Below, piece by piece: positions 35,801 through 43,368 of a stretch of 64,000 nt of DNA. The first letter of the stretch is position 1, and each line of letters begins with the position of its first letter. Source of the DNA: a virus (Duplodnaviria > Caudoviricetes); IMG/VR virus record IMGVR_UViG_3300033067_000616, positions 150 through 64,149 of that record. The stretch is one strand, 5' to 3'. Made by a program: the position numbers and the translations under genes. The notes beneath the pieces are model-generated. The model was not told the origin of the DNA. It saw only the letters and a list, made by a program, of their open reading frames with translations, and searched no databases.

Positions 35801-36452
35801 CAGACTGAGCTTTTCTCCTTAAGTACTCTGGATCATTTACATCTAACGCATCAAATGATTTTTTGAATAACTCTTGCTCTGCCTTTTGAGCGGCTGTTTG
35901 CTTTGGCTTTGGAGCGGCTGCTTTAATAACTGCTTGACCAAAATCAGAAGACGCAATTCTTTCTGCGTGGTAATCGTAAATCTTTTTATCTATTTTACCG
36001 GCTGCTAGTAGCTTGTCCCAATATTGAATGGTATTTCTGTCACCTTGTAGTTCTTTTGGAACCTCAGGAATCTTGGGCTCAGGCTTTTCAAAGCTATAGT
36101 TTTCTAAAGAGACAGCGTTTTTCTCAAGTGATTGAAGGCGATTTTGAACGTCACCTTTTGTAATTGGATAGTACTTATACTCACCCTTAAATGACTTAAA
36201 CCACTGCCCATTCTCTTTCTTATAGATGGCGTTATCTTCACCCGGAAAAGAATATGTTCCGTCAGCCTTTCCTTTTGAAGACGAAGATACCGTAGGCTTG
36301 ATAGTTGTTGTGGTCGATGATCTTACCAATGAAGGTTTTGCCGATCCAGATGCCGTAAGATCTTTTTTTTTTACACCCAAAACTTGTTCTGGAGATGGTA
36401 ATCTAGAACCTTTTCCTAATACTTCTTCTGGTGATGGTAATCCGTTTGACAT
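26850..36452 (-). CDS. Giant virion ejection/polyvalent protein (3200 aa)
   Basis: Follows the tail and pilot genes; contains an ART-like segment (VFRG...W...VAKNYA...GFDG), an HDAFGH domain, an HEAFH zincin motif and a long helical C-terminus. Confidence 0.7.
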   Translation of the reverse strand: MSNGLPSPEEVLGKGSRLPSPEQVLGVKKKDLTASGSAKPSLVRSSTTTTIKPTVSSSSKGKADGTYSFPGEDNAIYKKENGQWFKSFKGEYKYYPITKGDVQNRLQSLEKNAVSLENYSFEKPEPKIPEVPKELQGDRNTIQYWDKLLAAGKIDKKIYDYHAERIASSDFGQAVIKAAAPKPKQTAAQKAEQELFKKSFDALDVNDPEYLRRKAQSDKIDKSLSLVTPDFVNDNEGDVVPVVQQIIKDYPYLEVAESGRGYDELRIVNKVTGEDAIVNLENWSSSRDKEEANILKGFLDVQMNSKAYVEQKQKVDKLQAQMQTATPTQRIELSQKMLEEKAKLNELSTGRYNYAKNDKYKAAAIYDKNAKENIKTDFAKIQLQTIDYSEKAKSYNEWNATVNEARKKGTITEEQYNTEYAPKLAAEKNMLIDERNKISEQVIQTKDKSVSIDNIAANQYAIQAEKGNVLSGATYSFLQGAENSLRFLLETGDFKDGEFKGLLTEAAPGSVSDVYTSAEGRNAFEQIVFGLANSGGSALVGAAVGSPGLGLYASSYVNMKDQMSTPEFKDVPEYQKILMSGVYGATVGVLEKYGVSKWFTKTPAGKGLTNWILKRTVNELGEDASAEAIDLAIKKNLGVAITNGLIQVTSAGMVEGSTELAQEAADMVYKDVFNRMAGKEYFQNPKTWTEVADRLGQSFILGFAGGAGMQSITQATQVGLNELNKAQINNITDLIENPELKDTFKLHLKDQIISGEISKEEAKRQIDKINQVEGVLNKIPAKVDKFEAFKLITERDELQKEIAGKDPALVAAQTERVSAINDELKQLSYAVQEQATSEVSVQPGAESGGEMAQGKPETGSQEVTQEGGQAQEIVQSEENQALIDDYVKSQTEFINGATVISQEEKQQRIQELESDPVAYAENKAGITEFEGETPHTDLLNSLQRQPASKEKITVFRGVGNNVMSGDNSSTLWVAENEDVAKNYAGISEDGTLNIESLEVDKPSNPIEMPYKLATDVRGSDIANNLRSVAAELKKSGKLPKENISKALELISDFESKAGNNLELFTTKLNKPEANEAFSKAVQALGFDGVIQKEAVVRDGEMSNTYGIFKNTYANLLQDNQKETNFVQNETGNIQPERTGDGRGRTESRKLTPLEGAPAVPGINGPDPQLVAVAEKYAADNGIELKRQSEYVEVDEQRAKRIADAYEQMADNPQDPKVKEAYQDLINQTISQYQALVDAGYKFWFMDLNIPSNEEYAASPYNALRDLRQNKEMGVFPTTDGYGEGEITQEQINANPLLADTGIKWPVGGLDGEMKPVLANDLFRAVHDAFGHGLEGAGFRARGEENAWQAHVRLFTGPAVGAITSETRGQNSWLNYGPFGETNRTAKVEDTVFADQKIGLMPEWTWSEGRAGDMTYQENLVTNDNINDIIDSQEIETRQKIAKSAKLIMRAIPEAKIYLHNNTAEYDAAVGEQTEGKENGRFIGTDMAIHVNMEEATSHTLLHEAFHYVILNKGIDAKVLNGWAKSLKSIIKDEKAIKRLDDLTKKYSAENQPEEYISELGAIMGAAKGQLSTSALQKFKALINKIAKAIGLPAIFTAASTRQDAIDFINTISKRLVTGDQIFANGFQTRIVPADLAPKKQVKVSEGQKLTFVKQSDIIDFKSLVDDIISKDQTVWFWVADQLGRGVYFDSELNGNHYLDAGPSFALDPENRKNGVIWASGANKSTLEKNINNSDYIFIISGSPQQSKLFNKTVSSLVKSKIEAKVDFNKFKSSILEAKPTKAIKEILEKYNSYDEVFLGADRKKFIIAINEQKLKGTAVKKLLESYDAFLETNELRDGFFKDNDFKMGDVMLVLKPTAIGGKSKHSTYENDILGEVIGVPNIIVNSYDIMPEEVRNKYRDDLDRAQQQQVVAPYGIGLKKVKRVPEVKKQKGFSKQEAIRKAKEKYVLSVKERGNTPEQGVTSALEDLRKSEWYNEADDLMREEAERELKKFFGEKMKAAPSIKKVMAIKPTKIQVEEMTALKSQIRLEAKAAREAKGDLNAKRKALAAAITSMVRQGKITAVQARSIINKVSRVNLDNPVMVDRLISYAERVFDRADYQETLSKAAKIRKSIKKAMKSKDLQAEVAGVAKRFSGVDPFMVEDIDQYIETAEKMLNAVRPVRETEVPLRQATDIYEINEYATAQIERQEANKKAELLALNKYLVEAGIITDDMTAKEIQEMIDIIAAEEYEVEDADKKLNFLKNRFDFMSGIIEEMIVNNRDVFTDEPLYITQNEKQLMSEVLKFDIDKLSVKQAAQVLEAMDNFINNGITSGLEAVVKGYIGNENANKLAASGLKSRPIKMYWNKAVGRFFGEQFVSLPLLIERMFPGMKKGLNFMSEMGLTDVIRGTSKADREHKMIVKDYTSQEFYNGKGFMKAENVYERGMIAFLSRNLAGTKTEMRNEFLRRIKMVEESINALMTGSETERKMGEAYQKVYDKLKVDSQDLDVIKANAEQMNIDAVNWMTQQWAEKYSDLSDISLSVYNAILGSDTNYTPDRYKGLDESDIELDENLLQKGSAFMGGLEYTDKNKSGVLIETTRPKTLPQGRFVSLDFDVNNFSSLKGAMIDIETAPAIRQVDGFIKSDGYKKIVNGDDRKILTRRINNYIIAVKGKNAFNRDTMKSVERLANFLGSLGVGKALGGLDQTIKQTAPVIINTLINAGRFDGLNLEMNAAINRSGMPIANRGIEAIAGVESVDALIDKKGAKAAEIAKAIEKVSQMYMKALLSKPDVWVARSSFISYYKNYLKTNGMSTDIDWETHEWNQDAMNYAQMMVDRQQNISDEKLAGSFMNSPDPWKSVTRKVILPFATFIINQKNRMHNDLIAIFGIKAGTSLEDKKKAWRSLAGLASEMLAYQGIAYFIKTMIYDNIASMITGEDDEEEKKDRSFFGLFKMTNKQWNATKFPVKSLVSDVISPFPLFDDAVVFGFDELMSNFPMISKEDIDKAIQDQNDARVLKGDEPMNAEQEANLIKNLKDKNTYKVTFQKESLGRQYGVPGIAFDTYTELAEMAQLAYTGEFDDDMGFGPKKKYISKKDQELVKWTLLPMVLYSTGLVPKDAGVVSRKVVATVKKRSISETKFKNTSELKTELGRKPKEWEESLVMNTTKKVPTIVEAIKFAEKWAKLTESEEKEYAKYFMKTGDYNYLDLKRIEDGETADQILKK

Positions 36453-36453
36453 A

Positions 36454-37932
36454 TTATATAACTTTTATACTTCCGTTTTTAACACCTTCATTTATTTGAG
36501 CATCTGACCAGCCTGCTTTTTTCCAATCTGCTCTTGTTCCTGACAGAACACTAGATTGCGCTGGTGTTTTAGAAGCGGCCGACCTAGCCTTACCCATTTT
36601 CTTAGTCCATGTGTCTCTAGCGCTGACACCAAAGAAACTACCTACATCATCTAATTTATAGAATGGGCCCTTTACATCTTTTGGATTCGATGCGTTAATA
36701 ATTAAGTATGTATTTTCACCCTTTTTTTCAAACAGGTACTTACCTCCAGATAAACTGCTTAATGCATTTACATCTCCATTTATCCAAGCGGTTCTAACAT
36801 CAGCAGCTGTTTTATAGTAATCAGGTTTGTCTTCATTCTTTACAGTAGTAGATCCACTAATTGCTTTAGGCTCATCTTGCAATGACTTAAATCCAAGCTG
36901 AAGTTCTATAGATGCCTCAATAGCTTTTTTAGCCCTTTCTTTTTGCTCTTCTGATATCATTGGTTGATAAACACCTGAGGCGTCCTTTTGCATTGGAATC
37001 AGTTTCTTTTCAGCTTCTTGAACAAAAGCTTCAAAGTCTTCTCCAGACAATTCTGGTTTATCTTGATATCTTCTAGCTTCATTCTCTTTCTGAATCATTC
37101 CCATCAATATTTGGTCACGATCTTGAGAAGTGTAATATGTAGTATATCCCTCATCCATATTATCCTGAAGAATACTTAATGTCATTCGATTATTACTTGT
37201 CAAAGCTCCTGTAAGATCAGCCATCTTATTAGCAAATCCAGGCCGTTTAGTTAAATCTGTTAAAGTAGTAACTCCATTTTCAATAACATAATCTTTCCAA
37301 AGCTTTGTTGTTTCATTAACAGCCTTATCAAGTTCTACTTTATCAAAAACAGCATTACTTGGATCAGCCATTGTTTTAGCTGACTCTATAGTATCTGGAA
37401 TAACCTGGCCTGTTTTTGGATCAAGTCTTCCAGTACTTACAGTTCCTGTTGATGGGTCGATAAATACTTTCATATTTTTAATGTCACCCATTCTAGCAAA
37501 ATACTCAGCAGCCTCAACGGATGCTTTTGATGCGGTTCCGTCTTGTAGTCTTTTTTGAAGCTCTGCGTTTTTAGAATCAAAACTCTTAATACTGTTGCCC
37601 AAAGTTCCCCAACTTTCCATGAGATTGTTCATGTTCTGCTTGTATTGCTTTGGATCTAGTTCACCTCTCTTTAAAGCATCATTCCAGGCCTTAATAGTAC
37701 TAACCCCTTCTTGAGAAGAAGCAAGCATCATCTGTCCAAAATTTTGACTAGAAAAAGCATCAGACGTCTGAATGGTTTTTATATTATCAGTCTTTAACTG
37801 ATCTAAATATTCTTTCTCTTTTTCACGACGCTCATCAATACCAGATATGGTGCCTGACAGGCTATTCATTTGCTTTGCCCAGTCGATAGATTCGACCGGC
37901 ATGTAACCGAATATGTTTTGATTAACTGCCAT
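36454..37932 (-). CDS. Internal virion/ejection protein
   Basis: 492-aa helical ORF at the podovirus core-protein position. Confidence 0.55.
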   Translation of the reverse strand: MAVNQNIFGYMPVESIDWAKQMNSLSGTISGIDERREKEKEYLDQLKTDNIKTIQTSDAFSSQNFGQMMLASSQEGVSTIKAWNDALKRGELDPKQYKQNMNNLMESWGTLGNSIKSFDSKNAELQKRLQDGTASKASVEAAEYFARMGDIKNMKVFIDPSTGTVSTGRLDPKTGQVIPDTIESAKTMADPSNAVFDKVELDKAVNETTKLWKDYVIENGVTTLTDLTKRPGFANKMADLTGALTSNNRMTLSILQDNMDEGYTTYYTSQDRDQILMGMIQKENEARRYQDKPELSGEDFEAFVQEAEKKLIPMQKDASGVYQPMISEEQKERAKKAIEASIELQLGFKSLQDEPKAISGSTTVKNEDKPDYYKTAADVRTAWINGDVNALSSLSGGKYLFEKKGENTYLIINASNPKDVKGPFYKLDDVGSFFGVSARDTWTKKMGKARSAASKTPAQSSVLSGTRADWKKAGWSDAQINEGVKNGSIKVI

Positions 37933-37937
37933 ATTAA

Positions 37938-38630
37938 TTAAGGAAATTGAAGACCACTTAATAGACTTTGGCCATATTTAGCCTGATCCTCTTTAGTCAT
38001 AGGCCCACTTGGCGCACTAAATGAAGATGTTGCTATTTGATTATTCCATGCTTTTTGAGCATCTGTTAGTGATTTCTTGTTGCCATAAAGATCAACCATC
38101 TTATCAACACCTAAAGCAGCTGTACCTAAAGAACTAAACGCTCCCTCAATAGCTGCGTTTCTATTGGCGGCTGCTTCTGCTCGTCTCATGTTCTGCTCTT
38201 GAATATCACCAATACCAGCCGTCCAATCTCTTTCAGCTTTGCGAGCTTGAATACCCGACTCAGCCTCAGCTTGTGCCATATCTCTTTGGAATTGCGTTTG
38301 ATTGGCTTGAGCGGCTAATTGCATGTCCTGCTCGTTACCTGCTTGAGCTAACTGACCAATGCCACCTATAACACCTTCAGCCCCTGTTCCTTGTAAAGCA
38401 TTAACCATCTGAGCCTCTCTTTGTGATTGCTGTTGTTGAGCTAATTCAAAACCAAGCATTGGTGTTTGCACAGCTTTGAATGGATTTGTCTCTTTAATTT
38501 GCTTAAGCTGTTGTTTAGCTAAATCAGCTGCTGATGCAGCTTGCTTCATGTCTTTGTTTGCCTTAATGGCTTGTGCAGCACTGAGGCCAACGCCTCCTAA
38601 TGCCACTAATGTTGATGTTACTGCTGCCAT
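37938..38630 (-). CDS. Internal virion (pilot/ejection) protein
   Basis: A/G/Q-rich with a hydrophobic N-terminus, like T7 gp14/P22 gp7-type proteins. Confidence 0.6.
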   Translation of the reverse strand: MAAVTSTLVALGGVGLSAAQAIKANKDMKQAASAADLAKQQLKQIKETNPFKAVQTPMLGFELAQQQQSQREAQMVNALQGTGAEGVIGGIGQLAQAGNEQDMQLAAQANQTQFQRDMAQAEAESGIQARKAERDWTAGIGDIQEQNMRRAEAAANRNAAIEGAFSSLGTAALGVDKMVDLYGNKKSLTDAQKAWNNQIATSSFSAPSGPMTKEDQAKYGQSLLSGLQFP

Positions 38631-39022
38631 ATCTTTATCATTTCAGTGCAGTTATCAGATCCTTTTTGAAATCCACATTCTGCATAGTAGTTTATTAAGC
38701 TTTGGTTTTTAAGTGATGTGTATACATACTTGCATCCATTCTCCTTAGCAACCTCCGATAGTGCGTTAATCAAAATTAGAATAGCGTCCTTTCGGTCTTT
38801 ATTTTTATATTGAAAGTTAGACACAATAAACTCAACCCATGCTGTAGAGGAGTTAGTGAAATATATAAATCCAGCGCATATATCTACACCGTCTTTTGTA
38901 ATCATTAGACCTCCACGGCCATCTTGAGGTAGCATATCTTTTGGAGGCGGAGTCCATCTCCAATCTTTCCACCATGACGCCAAAACATCGTAGTCGCGGT
39001 CATCAAGATACCTAACTTCCAT
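38618..39022 (-). CDS. GNAT-fold acetyltransferase-like protein
   Basis: GG++......ICAGF.Y.TNS..AW.EF+.S...; position typical of T7 gp13-like genes. Confidence 0.6.
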   Translation of the reverse strand: MEVRYLDDRDYDVLASWWKDWRWTPPPKDMLPQDGRGGLMITKDGVDICAGFIYFTNSSTAWVEFIVSNFQYKNKDRKDAILILINALSEVAKENGCKYVYTSLKNQSLINYYAECGFQKGSDNCTEMIKIWQQ

Positions 39023-39031
39023 GTAACAAAT

Positions 39032-39790
39032 TTAAGGAAAACTTTTGAATACTGAGGCACTCACAGCAAACAACTCATGCTCTGTTTCGGCTTCATTGTT
39101 TATTAAGCCAAGAGTTAAATTTAAATACCTACCTCTTGCTCCATACGATTCAGCTACAGCTCCTTTTACAATATATAAATAGTCACCCGGCACAGGTATG
39201 TTTGTAAATGAAACAACTGTAATTGTATTTGATGTGGCATCACTAACCAAGCCTACTTCTTGTTCAGATGTAATAGTATACTCTCCAGTGGATGGGTTAA
39301 ACGATAGTGCTGCTTTTATTACCTTGTCACCTACCGAAACATTTGTTATGTTAGTTGCCATCGTTATCTCAAGACCAGAGACTGAGTCTACATTGCCAAG
39401 CCCCTGTGCTGATAAAAAATGAAGATTATTATCTCCTGATGTTCTTCTAATGTATGCAAAAAAGTCGCCTTCTTTTTTTGAGAACTGAGATGCGCTTATA
39501 CTCATTTGGTCCATATCCGTAGAACCTACAACATTTAAAGCAACATCGCAGTCTAGCATCAATGTCTTAAACATCTTAGTTTCAACCGGGGATTGGTTTA
39601 TTATAGTGCTAATTGAAAAGATAGCGTTTTCACCATAAAATCTAGTTCTAGCTTGATTTGCATCATGCTTATATAGCTTACCGTCTTTAAACGAATAAAA
39701 TCTACTATTAAGACCAACCATCCACTCGGGACGATAGGTCCATCTAGATGTCCATCCCTGAGACTTGTTAGAAAATGTAAGCGTATCCAT
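39032..39790 (-). CDS. Tail tubular/stabilization protein, C-terminal module
   Basis: TL.FS....GW.S...Y.PE.M..LN..FY.FK.G.LY.H..N..R..FYG...FKT+.L. Confidence 0.55.
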   Translation of the reverse strand: MDTLTFSNKSQGWTSRWTYRPEWMVGLNSRFYSFKDGKLYKHDANQARTRFYGENAIFSISTIINQSPVETKMFKTLMLDCDVALNVVGSTDMDQMSISASQFSKKEGDFFAYIRRTSGDNNLHFLSAQGLGNVDSVSGLEITMATNITNVSVGDKVIKAALSFNPSTGEYTITSEQEVGLVSDATSNTITVVSFTNIPVPGDYLYIVKGAVAESYGARGRYLNLTLGLINNEAETEHELFAVSASVFKSFP

Positions 39791-39808
39791 ACAACAAAGT
39801 TACGAATT

Positions 39809-40725
39809 TTAGACCAAGCAGCTTTTCATGCTTTTAATCATATCGTAGTACTTTGATGAGCATCTGTTTGGATCTAACTGTAGGTCTGTTTGAAATGGTA
39901 GCTCGTTCATGTATGATGCCTTATGGAACATCCCTTGTGTCGAGTTCATAACACCTGCGTTATGAAAGAAGTACACATCATCCCATCGATCGGCCTGGCA
40001 GGTGGCCCAGGCGAAATCAAAATTTCTAGGCACCTCAACATGATGACCAAAAAACCAAGCGTTCCATAGTTCAGCCCACATACTTGCTGTCCATGCTTGT
40101 ATTCCATTTGGATCTCCTTCCTTCTTAATATGTTGCATATCAGTCAGAAGGTTATATAAAGCTTTGCTATCCTGTTCAACTTTTTTCCAATAGTGAGCTG
40201 TTAAGTTCTTCATTAACTTCTGCGCTCCTCCACTTCTATGCTTATTAAATTCTACTAGTTTTTTGGATATCCCAACTTGATTGCACATAGCTTTTAAGAT
40301 CTCTTCTCCCTTGCTCATGATATAGTCATATCCAATGTATGAGATAGTGTCTGAAAAGTACCATATGTCGTCATTAAGATATGGAGTAAAGTCCATGTAT
40401 TTGGTGAATACAAAGTCAGCGTCATGAAAAAAGAACGCGTCATTTATTAGATCAGGATGCTTCTTGAAATGCTTCTGAAGTAAGTGTGCTTGAATAGCAG
40501 GTGGATAATTACATTCACCCATTGTATCCTTATAGAAAAAGAACCTAGCTATATCAGAGTATGTCTGATATATTTTGTTCCACGACTCTGGTATCTCATC
40601 TTGATACCCAGCTACAATATCTATGTTCTTATAACCAAGTGATGCAAAGTTATGTATACATACCTCAATCTGCCAAGCATAGTAGTCAATCGCAGGTTGC
40701 GCTGACAACATTCTAAGTGTCTTCA
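39809..40725 (-). CDS. GT-A fold glycosyltransferase, resembling HPAT/SRGT-type peptide O-glycosyltransferases
   Basis: YY.WQ.EV...NF; Y.P.I..H; F+.DAD.+F (DxD); GGAQ.+; W...MWA.LW; start MKTLRM at 40725 coupled to the upstream stop (TAATG). Confidence 0.65.
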
Positions 40726-43368
40726 TTAACAAGTTTTGGTTGCGCCGGTCCAGTCTGACCCGTCCCATTCATGCGCAACATTAGTAATTAAATTTAAATA
40801 CCATCCAGCAGGTGCAGGATCTGTACCTGATAGGTTTGTAAAGATAGCATTTCCTGGAACCCCTATTACACCATTAACATAATAATTATCAATATCAAGT
40901 ACAGAGCAAACTGTTGATTGTGAAGAAGAGTATGACATCGTGATCATTGTCAATGGAGGTGCCGTAGTTGTAGTAGTCGTAGTGGTTGTCGTAGTCGTAG
41001 TCGTAGTTGTCGTAGTCGTAGTCGTAGTTGTCGTTGCAGCGCACTCTGAACAGCTATTGTATACGTAATAGATATCTCCATTATGAACACCTGGTGATGC
41101 TACTGACGTGATTGTAATACAGTCTCCGTTACTATCTTTAACGTAATTAGGTAGAGATAGCGGAGCATATCCCTGGTACCTCATCAATACAGAAGCCCCT
41201 CCAATACACTTAGTGCCGTTGTAGTAATAAGTGGGAATTGTTGTAGTTGTAGTTGTGGTAGTTACACCAGAGCAGGCGGTTAGTTGTAATACCTGACCTG
41301 TGTCTGCGATTAAACAAGCATATGGAAGTCCGGATATTCTAACTAAATACCACAAGAAGCCACCATCAAATAATGTAGTTGCTCCTGAATCGGTGTAAAC
41401 AAATTCGTTTACTGCAAGATTAGATCCTGTGTGATAGTACGTTATGTATGTAGGTGTAGAGACACATGCCGATCTAGCTGTAGTAAATGAGCTAATATCT
41501 ATATCAAATCCAATAACAGGTGTTGCGGTTGTGGTTGTAGTAGTTGTAGTCGTTGTAGTAGTTCCTGTGCATGCGGTACAATCTGCATATGTAACCACAG
41601 GTGTTACAATGTCATAATATGGATATGCAGCTGATATTGAAGCCGTTATACGCCAACAATTCCCATCAGTTGTTTTTACTACTAGTCCAGTTGTTATCCC
41701 GGTTGCTAGTGAATTTCTAAGAATAACCTCTATAGATGAATCGCTACATGATGTTGCACTGAAATATGTTCCGGATGGTAGTGTTGTAGTTGTTGTGGTT
41801 GTGGTTGTAGTTGTAGTTCCTGCACATGTGCTTCTACCCACAATAGTTCCATTCTCGTCAATTTTTATACTATAATCAGAGTTATTTATATGATACCACT
41901 TACCGCCTCCCATGAATGGCTTCTCGCCCATTGAGTCGTAGAATACTTGGTCAACAAGCCCTGGTATGTAGTTGTCACCCTCAAAATACATCAATGTATA
42001 TGTTGGAATAACTAAGCATGCATCATCTCCAGATTCTTTAAATTGCTCAACGTCAATTAAAAAAGGCTTCATATTACCTGTATCTGAAACCAATACGGGG
42101 ACTATAGTTGATGAACTAGATCCAAAGCAATTTGCAGCCCTAAGTGTTACTGAGTAGCTACCTGCGGGACAGTTTTCAAAATATATAACTCCATTCGAAA
42201 AAGTTGCTTGATTAGGCAACGTGCTAGCGAGTAGATCCCATGATGTTGGATTATTTATTGCCTCAATAGCAGCAGATGTTTGTGTATTTGAATCTACTGT
42301 TATCGTATCTTCAATAATAAAAGGAACAGCATATTCAGAGCATGTGCAACTTTCTTTTGATAAAACTTCTCCAGAAGAGCTAACAGTTATGTATTCTGTG
42401 GCTGATGACACAACAGGAGAATCTATTAAGTGTAAATATTCATCTCCAATATAGGACTCTAAACCATCGCTATCCGTAAATAATTGATCTCCAACATTTG
42501 GAAGTAAATCAACTCCGTTATGCCATAATTCATCTGCAGGTGATTGGGCACATACATCTGAAGGTATACCTGCTGCTAGATCTATAAGCATTCTAGTTAG
42601 ATATGGATTTATCTTATTGACTATCCAAGTAGATCCGCTAAATGGTGATGATACAATTAAATTAGCATCAGAAATATTTAGATTCTTGTAAAACTCTATA
42701 ACACCATTTCCATTATTTACAAGACCATCATATGGAAATACAAGTCCGATATCTTCTGGCGAAACTCCTGCTGCAATTAACGCATCATAATTTGTGGTTG
42801 AATTGACACCGACATACTTTGTATCAGCAACAATTTCACCATTCCACTCAATCTGATATCTAGTTGGCTGATCAGGATCAATGGTATTAAAACCAATACC
42901 GGCTCGACCAATATTTGATCCAAATGTCATATCAATAGATCTACTTTCTGTTGCACCCTTATAAGAAGCAACGTTCTCCATTGAATCCTCATAATCCCAA
43001 AGTAAATAGACATACTCGTAGTTATTTGGATTTAAAAATGTAAACTGACCAGTAAATACACCTCCAGAATAAACAACAGGTATTTCAGTCGCAAGGCTGA
43101 GTATGGTTGACTTTTGATCAGCAGTGTATGCCACATCAGAAACCAAATAGTAAAGCTTATTATTTAAAGTAGGAGCTAGTTTTCTATAAGCAGCTGATGC
43201 ATCGCCAGCTACTACATTTACAATAGCTCCATTGTAAGGTATATAGTCAATACCACCAACGCCGGTTGTCGAGTCAAATAGAGCTATAGCGCTGTCACTT
43301 AATATGACATTGTCAATTGTATATGTTGAACTTCCTATGTAGCTAAATGACTGCTTTGTTTTACTCAT
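40726..43368 (-). CDS. Poly-Thr, Cys-rich multidomain virion surface/tail protein
   Basis: Thr runs of 12, 12, 8 and 24; repeated C...Y......VG..+Y.DS.G...F.GG..WY modules; Ig/cadherin-like segment; likely start MSKTKQ at 43368. Confidence 0.7.
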   Translation of the reverse strand: MSKTKQSFSYIGSSTYTIDNVILSDSAIALFDSTTGVGGIDYIPYNGAIVNVVAGDASAAYRKLAPTLNNKLYYLVSDVAYTADQKSTILSLATEIPVVYSGGVFTGQFTFLNPNNYEYVYLLWDYEDSMENVASYKGATESRSIDMTFGSNIGRAGIGFNTIDPDQPTRYQIEWNGEIVADTKYVGVNSTTNYDALIAAGVSPEDIGLVFPYDGLVNNGNGVIEFYKNLNISDANLIVSSPFSGSTWIVNKINPYLTRMLIDLAAGIPSDVCAQSPADELWHNGVDLLPNVGDQLFTDSDGLESYIGDEYLHLIDSPVVSSATEYITVSSSGEVLSKESCTCSEYAVPFIIEDTITVDSNTQTSAAIEAINNPTSWDLLASTLPNQATFSNGVIYFENCPAGSYSVTLRAANCFGSSSSTIVPVLVSDTGNMKPFLIDVEQFKESGDDACLVIPTYTLMYFEGDNYIPGLVDQVFYDSMGEKPFMGGGKWYHINNSDYSIKIDENGTIVGRSTCAGTTTTTTTTTTTTLPSGTYFSATSCSDSSIEVILRNSLATGITTGLVVKTTDGNCWRITASISAAYPYYDIVTPVVTYADCTACTGTTTTTTTTTTTTATPVIGFDIDISSFTTARSACVSTPTYITYYHTGSNLAVNEFVYTDSGATTLFDGGFLWYLVRISGLPYACLIADTGQVLQLTACSGVTTTTTTTTIPTYYYNGTKCIGGASVLMRYQGYAPLSLPNYVKDSNGDCITITSVASPGVHNGDIYYVYNSCSECAATTTTTTTTTTTTTTTTTTTTTTTTAPPLTMITMSYSSSQSTVCSVLDIDNYYVNGVIGVPGNAIFTNLSGTDPAPAGWYLNLITNVAHEWDGSDWTGATKTC

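Noticed and set aside
40963-41817. CRISPR array or microsatellite
   Set aside because: The repeats are degenerate ACN Thr codons inside an ORF, with no repeat-spacer structure
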